Shown here in pieces: positions 57,146 through 64,000 of a stretch of 64,000 nucleotides of DNA. Numbering within the stretch: position 1 is the first letter of the stretch; every line of letters begins with the position of its first letter. A model generated the notes under the pieces. That model saw only the letters and a program-made list of their open reading frames with translations, was not told the DNA's origin and did no database searches. A program made the translations under genes and the position numbers. Origin of the DNA: Syncephalis fuscata S228 (Eukaryota; Fungi; Zoopagomycota); the NCBI GenBank assembly GCA_025786725.1, contig JAHLTZ010000011.1:1-64000 (forward strand), read 5' to 3'.

Positions 57146-57759
57146 ATCGCGTGTCGGTAAACGAAAAGGTTGCAGTTGCAGTTTAGTAGCAATAATCGAA
57201 CGATGAACGGGTGCTAAACGAGAACGAGTAAGAATAGAGGCCAAAGTGCTGCGACCAGGATGTTCATACGTATATTTAAGGACAACAACAAACAAGTTGG
57301 AAAAAGAAGTGTAGGCGCGTTACTGCCGCGTGTGTGTGTGTGTTAATAGTGGTAATATAGATCAATATCAACCGAGTGGACAAGAGAATAAGAGAGAGAG
57401 AGGCGATGCTAGTATATAAAGAAAAGGCAAAACATTCCGATGCATAGGCCAATCATATCGTCATTGGATTATTAATATCCATTCCGAAAATGACCGGATT
57501 TGATGGATTTAACATGTGAGAAACGCGGCAAAACAAACAAATATCACCGCCACTCAATCGTTATAATACGGAATACATGGCCATTGTAAAAAGTATGACG
57601 CTGTGGCTGAGAAGATAATATGAACCCCAGCTTTTACTAGAAAAGACCGCTTTCCCTTCTATCTCTATCAATTGTTGGTTTCTTTCTTTTTGTTTCTTTC
57701 GCTTACTAGCTCTCTTTCTCTCTCTCACACACGTACTATCGGAACGATAACGAACGAAC

Positions 57760-60396
57760 ATGTCGTCGTTAAAGGCTAGTGGACAACAGCCGGCAAGTCG
57801 GTTTACGCTTAAAGACGAACAAAGTGGCCGTACATGGCCATTGGATACGGCGACACCACAAGCGGCCAGTACAGGTAATAATGCGACGCAGCCGTTAACT
57901 TTTGCCGTTGTACCGGGCAGGTAAGTCGCGCAGTTATATCTGTTTTGCATTATTAGAAATTAATAAACTTATTGGCAACTATAGTGCCGATACGCAGTCG
58001 CTTACTGTGTTGGATAATCGTACCAATAAAATTTATCAAGTGCCTATTGAAAATAATACTATTTCTGCGTTAAAGTTTAAGCAGATGGTAGCTACGCCAA
58101 CACCTGGAATACAAGGTGACGAAAGTGATCAAGGTCTTCGGTATGACATATGAATAGTTATATATATACATACATAATAGATAAATACAATATATTAATT
58201 ATATATTATTATATTGATTATTTATATTAGTGTTTACGATCCTGGTAATTATAATAATAATTATAATAATAATAGTTGATTATTGCATACTAATGTTGGT
58301 ATAGCTTTCCAGAATACCGCTGTGGCTCGGTCCAAGATAACGTATATTGATGGTGATAATGGTATTTTACGTTACCGGTAAGCTTTAAACAATTAATATT
58401 GCCAAATGCTAGCAGTTACGCATGCTAATGCTGCTGTAGTGGTTATCCTATTGAAGAGTTGGCTGAGAGATCCAACTTCTTGGAAGTTACCTATTTGTTA
58501 ATTTATGGTGAATTGCCTACAAAGGTATGTTAATCAACTATTAGTATCTAATAGTGTATAACTAATGGGTCAATAGACACAATTTACAGAGTTTTCACAT
58601 CAAGTTATGCGACACACCTTTTTGCATGTTAATGTTACCGAATTGATGGGAACATTTAATTATGATGCTCATCCCATGGGTATGTTTATTAGGTAGGTGA
58701 TGGTTAAATAGAACATTTATTGGTACATTTCACTAACAAATTGTGTTTAGTGGTTTGGCAGCCATGTCAACTTTTCATCCAGAAGCAAATCCTGCGTTAA
58801 ATGTAAGAAATTCACCCATTTGTATATGGCTATATATATATATTCTTACGTTTTACTTTATTTTTCACAGGGATCGGATATGTATATCAATAATGAACGT
58901 ATGCGCAACAAACAGATACTTCGTTTACTTGGTAAAGTGCCAACATTGGCTGCAGTGGCCTATCGTCATCGCATTGGACGGTAAGTAATACCAACGTTTT
59001 ACTTATATTGGTATTAATGTTAATATTACAATTAACCAATCAACCAGTCCATACAATCAGCCACAAAATGACTTATCCTATACAGAAAACTTTTTGTATA
59101 TGCTTGACCGGTTATCGGAAGAGAAATATCGTCCCAATCCTAAATTAGCTCGTGCTCTTGACATTCTTTTTATTCTTCATGTAAGTAATTGATTGAATTA
59201 GCATTAACATTAATACTAATGATTCATACTCATTACTAATAGGCTGATCATGAATTGAACTGTTCTACTGCCGCAATGCGTCATATTGGCTCTAGTCGAG
59301 TTGATCCTTATAGGTAAAGTGTTTTGTGTATTTTACTATGCATTACCTATTAATGCATGATGTTCAGTGCCATTGCCGGTGCTAGTGCCGCATTGTATGG
59401 TCCACTTCACGGTGGTGCCAATGAGGTATGTAACATTAACAGTGATTAAATAAACATAATATCAATGCTTTATACTATATATATGTGTGTGTTATTTAGG
59501 CGGTACTTCGTATGCTTGAAGAAATCGGATCAGTAGAAGCAGTTCCTCAGTTTTTAGAACTTGTAAAGCAACGTAAGAAGAAATTGATGGGATTTGGCCA
59601 TCGGGTATATAAGAATTATGATCCACGTGCCAAGATTATTCGCCAGGTGGCCTACGAGGTAAATACACTTTATACTGAATATAAACCATTTATAACACTT
59701 TATCGTTGCAGGTGTTTGATATTTTTGGTCGGGAGAGTCTTATTGATGTGGCAATTGAACTGGAACGTGTTGCTTTATCCGACGAGTACTTTATTAAGCG
59801 TCGTCTTTATCCAAATGTTGATTTCTATTCAGGAATTATCTATAAGGGTAAGTAATAAATAGCAATATACTAAAATAATTAAGTACTTATTTATTTTATA
59901 ACTACTACCACCATCATCATCTATACTATGGACACTAATAGCTATGGGTTTCCCAACCGATTTTTTCCCTGTGCTATTTGGTAAGTGAATATATTTATCA
60001 ATATATTTATTTATTAATTAATGTCTGTATGTATTATTATTGTTATTGATAGCAATTCCTCGAGTGGCTGGTGGCTAGCTCATTGGGTTGAATCGTGTAA
60101 AGATCCAGATACAAAGATTTGGCGTCCTCGTCAAGTATATGACGGTGAAACAAAACGCAGCTATGTACCATTTGAACATCGTCAAGGAACAGCCAATGCC
60201 GATAAAGAAACACGTAGCACGGAAGGTGTAAGTTTCAACAATGTTATTACTGAACAGTGTGTTTATTAATATATTGATATATACTTGTATATATGTATGT
60301 GTATATGTTTGATATAAATAGAATCCACTGAGCAAACGAAGTATGGTGGCCACTTTCGAGGCGGGATCGTCATCTCAATTGCCGGCCAAAATTTAA
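57760..60396 (+). CDS. Citrate synthase, peroxisomal/glyoxysomal type (many introns)
   Basis: [70 protein letters not shown] and YPNVDFYSG; C-terminus PAKI* (PTS1-like). Confidence 0.93.
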
Positions 60397-60452
60397 ACCA
60401 AATAATCATGATAATAAAGTGATGCTAGCTTATTACTTAATAGCTATTGCAA

Positions 60453-63027
60453 CTAATGGATAGAGCGAGTACGTTTAGTGTTATCATGTCCCTTTGAACC
60501 TGCTCGACCTGCTGTTGTGGTTGTCCCAGTTCCAGTTGTCGTTGTCGCTGTCGATTTACCTTGTTCCTCGCGTCGTTGCTTTAACAAAAATAGTTCTATT
60601 TGTAGTAGACATCGTTGCCATTAGTAATGGTGTTTATATAAAATATTTTATTTTACTTACCTCTATCTAAGCTAGTTCAATAGAGCATCGATTCGATAGC
60701 AAGGGAAGCATAGGCCAGGTCGACCGTTCCCCTTTAAGAATCCAATAGCCCAATAGTGAATTGGTTGGATTCGACATTAACATTTTAAAATCCTATTAAG
60801 TAGTAAAAGCAGCAGGTTAATATATCAACGTCTATTTACTAGCCAACACACTTACACGAATGGTCAAATTAGGTGAGATGGTAACATTGCCGGATACACG
60901 TTCAATAAACATTGTGCTTATCGGTTTCGGTAAAAGATGCATTTGACCAAGCTATTTTACATTTATTATTAAATCAGCTAATTAATTAAATCAGCCTTTA
61001 TTACTTACTTGTCGAGCTCGGTGTTTCACCTCAGATCCAAGCAGATTACGCATCTTAACAGAAAATCCATCAATACCTTGACCCGGTCCTTTATTGATGA
61101 ATGGAACAATAAGCGGATTCGCTTGGCTAACAATAAAGTGATTCACGTTAAATAGCTCCGTCATACGGGCTAATAAAGATGCTTGGCTGTTTATATATTA
61201 GTAGGCTATTTATTAACATTGTTATACTAATTCAACTTACTTATCACTCGGACCTGCATCTCCCCATTTAATGGCTATCAGTTTAAATGGTATATCAGTG
61301 TAATTATCATCACGAATAGATTATTAATCAACTTACATGTAGGTGTCCACGGTACAATATTACCGTGAACATCCTTGGCCAATAATTCGGCTGATTTGTA
61401 CAATCCAAGCATTGATGCCGAGGCACAGGCTGCACTCCAAATCAACTAATGAATAATAAATCAATTATAGTAAACAATATCTGCATTTCATTACTATATA
61501 CTTACCACATTCGGTGCTGTTAAATGATTCAATAGTTGTGGCACATGAAGTCGACGAGTAGATGATACGGTAATGTTAAGAATACGTTTTGTGCGTGTAT
61601 ATGCTTCCTATAATTTGATTAATCAACCAGTTAACTTTATTATTATTATTATTATTATTACCTCAAATGTCATATCGCCCACATTACTGCGAACACAATT
61701 TTCCAAAATTTGCACATCCAACAAATAGCCTATTTTCGATAAGTAAAAATTATTAAATCAATTAATACAATTACCTTGTTTAAAGAATCGTGTCAATTTG
61801 CGCTGGACACTACCTTTAGTGCCCACACGAATAAATGCTTCTAAATTGATACCACCAGGTAGAAATATGTCCTATAAATGCATAAGTATGTAACAAGTCA
61901 TTATTCATATTGCTATAATAATAATTACCGGTAGTTCCTCGTCTGTATGAACACAAATAAGACTGGCCATCAATGCACCCACTGCACTACCACAAATAAC
62001 TCGCGGCAATAAACCATGTTCATTTAATGTTTTCATAACACCAAGATGACATGCGCCTAATGATTATATTCATATTCATATGCATATTGTTATTAACTAT
62101 CTAAATTTTATAAATCCATATACAATAAAACTTACCAAAAGTGGATCCACCGTGTAATACGAGGGCTGATCGGCCAAAACACTGACGTGTATCACGAAAG
62201 AATTCCGATTTCTGTTGATATGAAAGCTGACTATTATCGGCTGCTCCAATCATTGCAAGTAACTCGGTCACAGTGCGTGTATAGTCTTCAATAAGATCTT
62301 TGGTGCTAAGTAGGGTAAATTAAATTACTTGTTAGTTGTTGATTTAATTATATAAACATACAGATAACTCTGTAGATTCACTACTACTACAACTACTGTC
62401 TAGATAATTACCCAGTACATGCTCGTCCAAATAATGTCGGTTCATTAATACCAGCCAAATTACGAATCAATCCTATAATAAATGATAGCAATAATTTATT
62501 TTCCTTAATACTATAAATAATCACCTTTATACCTAGCTTACCTGTGCGTAACAAGTAAATAGCACCTGCTATATCTTTTTGTTGTAAAACATTATGTAAT
62601 TCTTGTGTTCGATGGAAAATAAAGCGATGGTCATAGTTTCTTGCCACTGGATTTGCCTTCCAAACATCCATACCTGCCAACTATTAGTCTTAATAATATT
62701 TTGCTTCATCAATCTAGCCTACCTAATAAACTATATCAATTTATTAGTAGCTATTCAATCTAATATTTAATAAAACTTACGCATCAAGTTGTTTCGCCTT
62801 GGCATACCATGCTGTGTATGTTGTACACCGGCCAAGTTCAGCACGTAGTTTTTGTTCAAGTGTTGGTGCCCATAACAGCTAAACAGTCGAATAAGCACTG
62901 ACAGCCTCGTATTGCTGTTTAGTTCATCATTGTCATTTACCTTCCACCAATAACTCGATACTTCTCCTAGTAGATAGAAACAAGCCGTAATAAATATTAT
63001 TATGCGCTGAAGTACTTGTTTCAACAT
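60453..63027 (-). CDS. Patatin-domain triacylglycerol lipase (Tgl3/4/5-SDP1 family)
   Basis: GTKDLIEDY, FGRSALVLHGGSTFG..HLGV, LLPRVICGSAVG, TFEEAY.RTKRILNITV, LLNHLTAPNV.IWSA and ELFNVNHFIVSQANP. A frameshift is present near 60668. Confidence 0.85.
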
Positions 63028-63451
63028 ATGAGTAAACGCCTGTTTAGCCAGCAATTAACTCATCTAAAATATAACTATACTGTTCGCTACAAAGATAATT
63101 ACCGTCATTTTGCCAACCAGTAGATAGTATCTCTAGTGCTATTTCCTTTGCTCTTATATATATTGCCAGTCTTACTATTACTATACTATTATTATTTAGT
63201 AGAAAAAGGTATATAGCGTGCCGATAACAGTGTGCAACCAAGATATATAACCAAAACTAAACCATATAGTCATGTGACTATTCTGTATTGAGGTAGCATG
63301 CCAGCAATTCCCCTTTGCGTTTTTTTCCCTTTACTTCCCTTCCTCGTTGTTGTCGTTGTCGTCTTGATTTATACGGGAAATCTATCTACACCACCACAGA
63401 CACACAGACATACACACAAACACACACACAGGTACACACACGCAGTTGATC

Positions 63452-64000
63452 ATGGCTACTCGTCTCTATATTGGACGTCTTCATCGCGATGTGCGTGAAC
63501 GTGATCTTGAACGACTTTTCGATCGTTATGGTAAAATTGTCGATCTGCGCTTGATGAGCGGTTTTGGCTTCGTGGTATGTATACTGCCTGCATTATGGCG
63601 TGAGTTTGTGATTTAACGTCTGGTTTTATACCCACGCCTACCGTATATACTGTTTTAAACAACGTGTTATTGGCAAATAGGAATTCCGTGATTCACGCGA
63701 TGCACGCGATGTAGTCCGTGCTTTGGACGGTAGAGACTTTTTCGGTGAACGGTAAGTGTCCATTATTAGTACATATTAAGTACAATTATATTAAAACATG
63801 CGTATATTACTTTATTCGACAGTATCATGGTTCAATTTGCACGCAGTGATCGCCGAGGTGGCGGTGGCGGTGGCGGTAACGACTCTAGGTATTATTTAAT
63901 TATTGGTAATATAATTGGCGTTAATCTATGTGATTGATATCAATAGCGGTAATAGATTTAGCCCACCACAACGTACCAAGAACCGATTGGCCGTCAGCAA
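63452..64000 (+). CDS. SR-family splicing factor (SRSF4/5/6 or Srp2-like), 5' part, runs off the window
   Basis: MATRLYIGRLHRDVRERDLERLFDRYGKI..GFGFVEFRDSRDARDVV..LDGR (RRM1), a Gly linker, then PPQRTKNRLAVS at the start of RRM2. Confidence 0.9.

Overview
AT-rich, intron-dense eukaryotic DNA with short (about 50-85 nt) GT-AG introns and CTAAC/CTAAT branch sites. The gene content and the secreted kinase-fold family suggest an early-diverging fungus, possibly Zoopagomycota such as Syncephalis (inference). Recognisable genes: GST, a CCCH zinc-finger protein, a CRT10-like WD40 protein, a GT61 glycosyltransferase, the Msp1/ATAD1 AAA ATPase, a cytochrome P450, an Osm1-like fumarate reductase-cytochrome b5 fusion, a BAHD acyltransferase, a DDX42-like helicase, an S8 subtilisin, thioredoxin reductase, a peroxisomal-type citrate synthase, a patatin TAG lipase and the start of an SR splicing factor. 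Accessory content: four signal-peptide kinase-fold genes, three decayed Fanzor/TnpB remnants and a decayed TIR element. The main finding is the apparent ~81-bp minisatellite at 6.4-7.3 kb. On the minus strand it reads as 11 near-identical spliceosomal introns separated by ten variable 3-nt micro-exons, downstream of an exon encoding a signal peptide, a short pro-region and RR. Splicing all exons gives a precursor for the 9-residue peptide APWGGFRWF. A decayed paralogue lies 4 kb away. A clean U12-type AT-AC intron is present in MSP1. Several genes carry single-base frameshifts that are probably assembly errors. All gene models and alignments were read by eye, without database searches.
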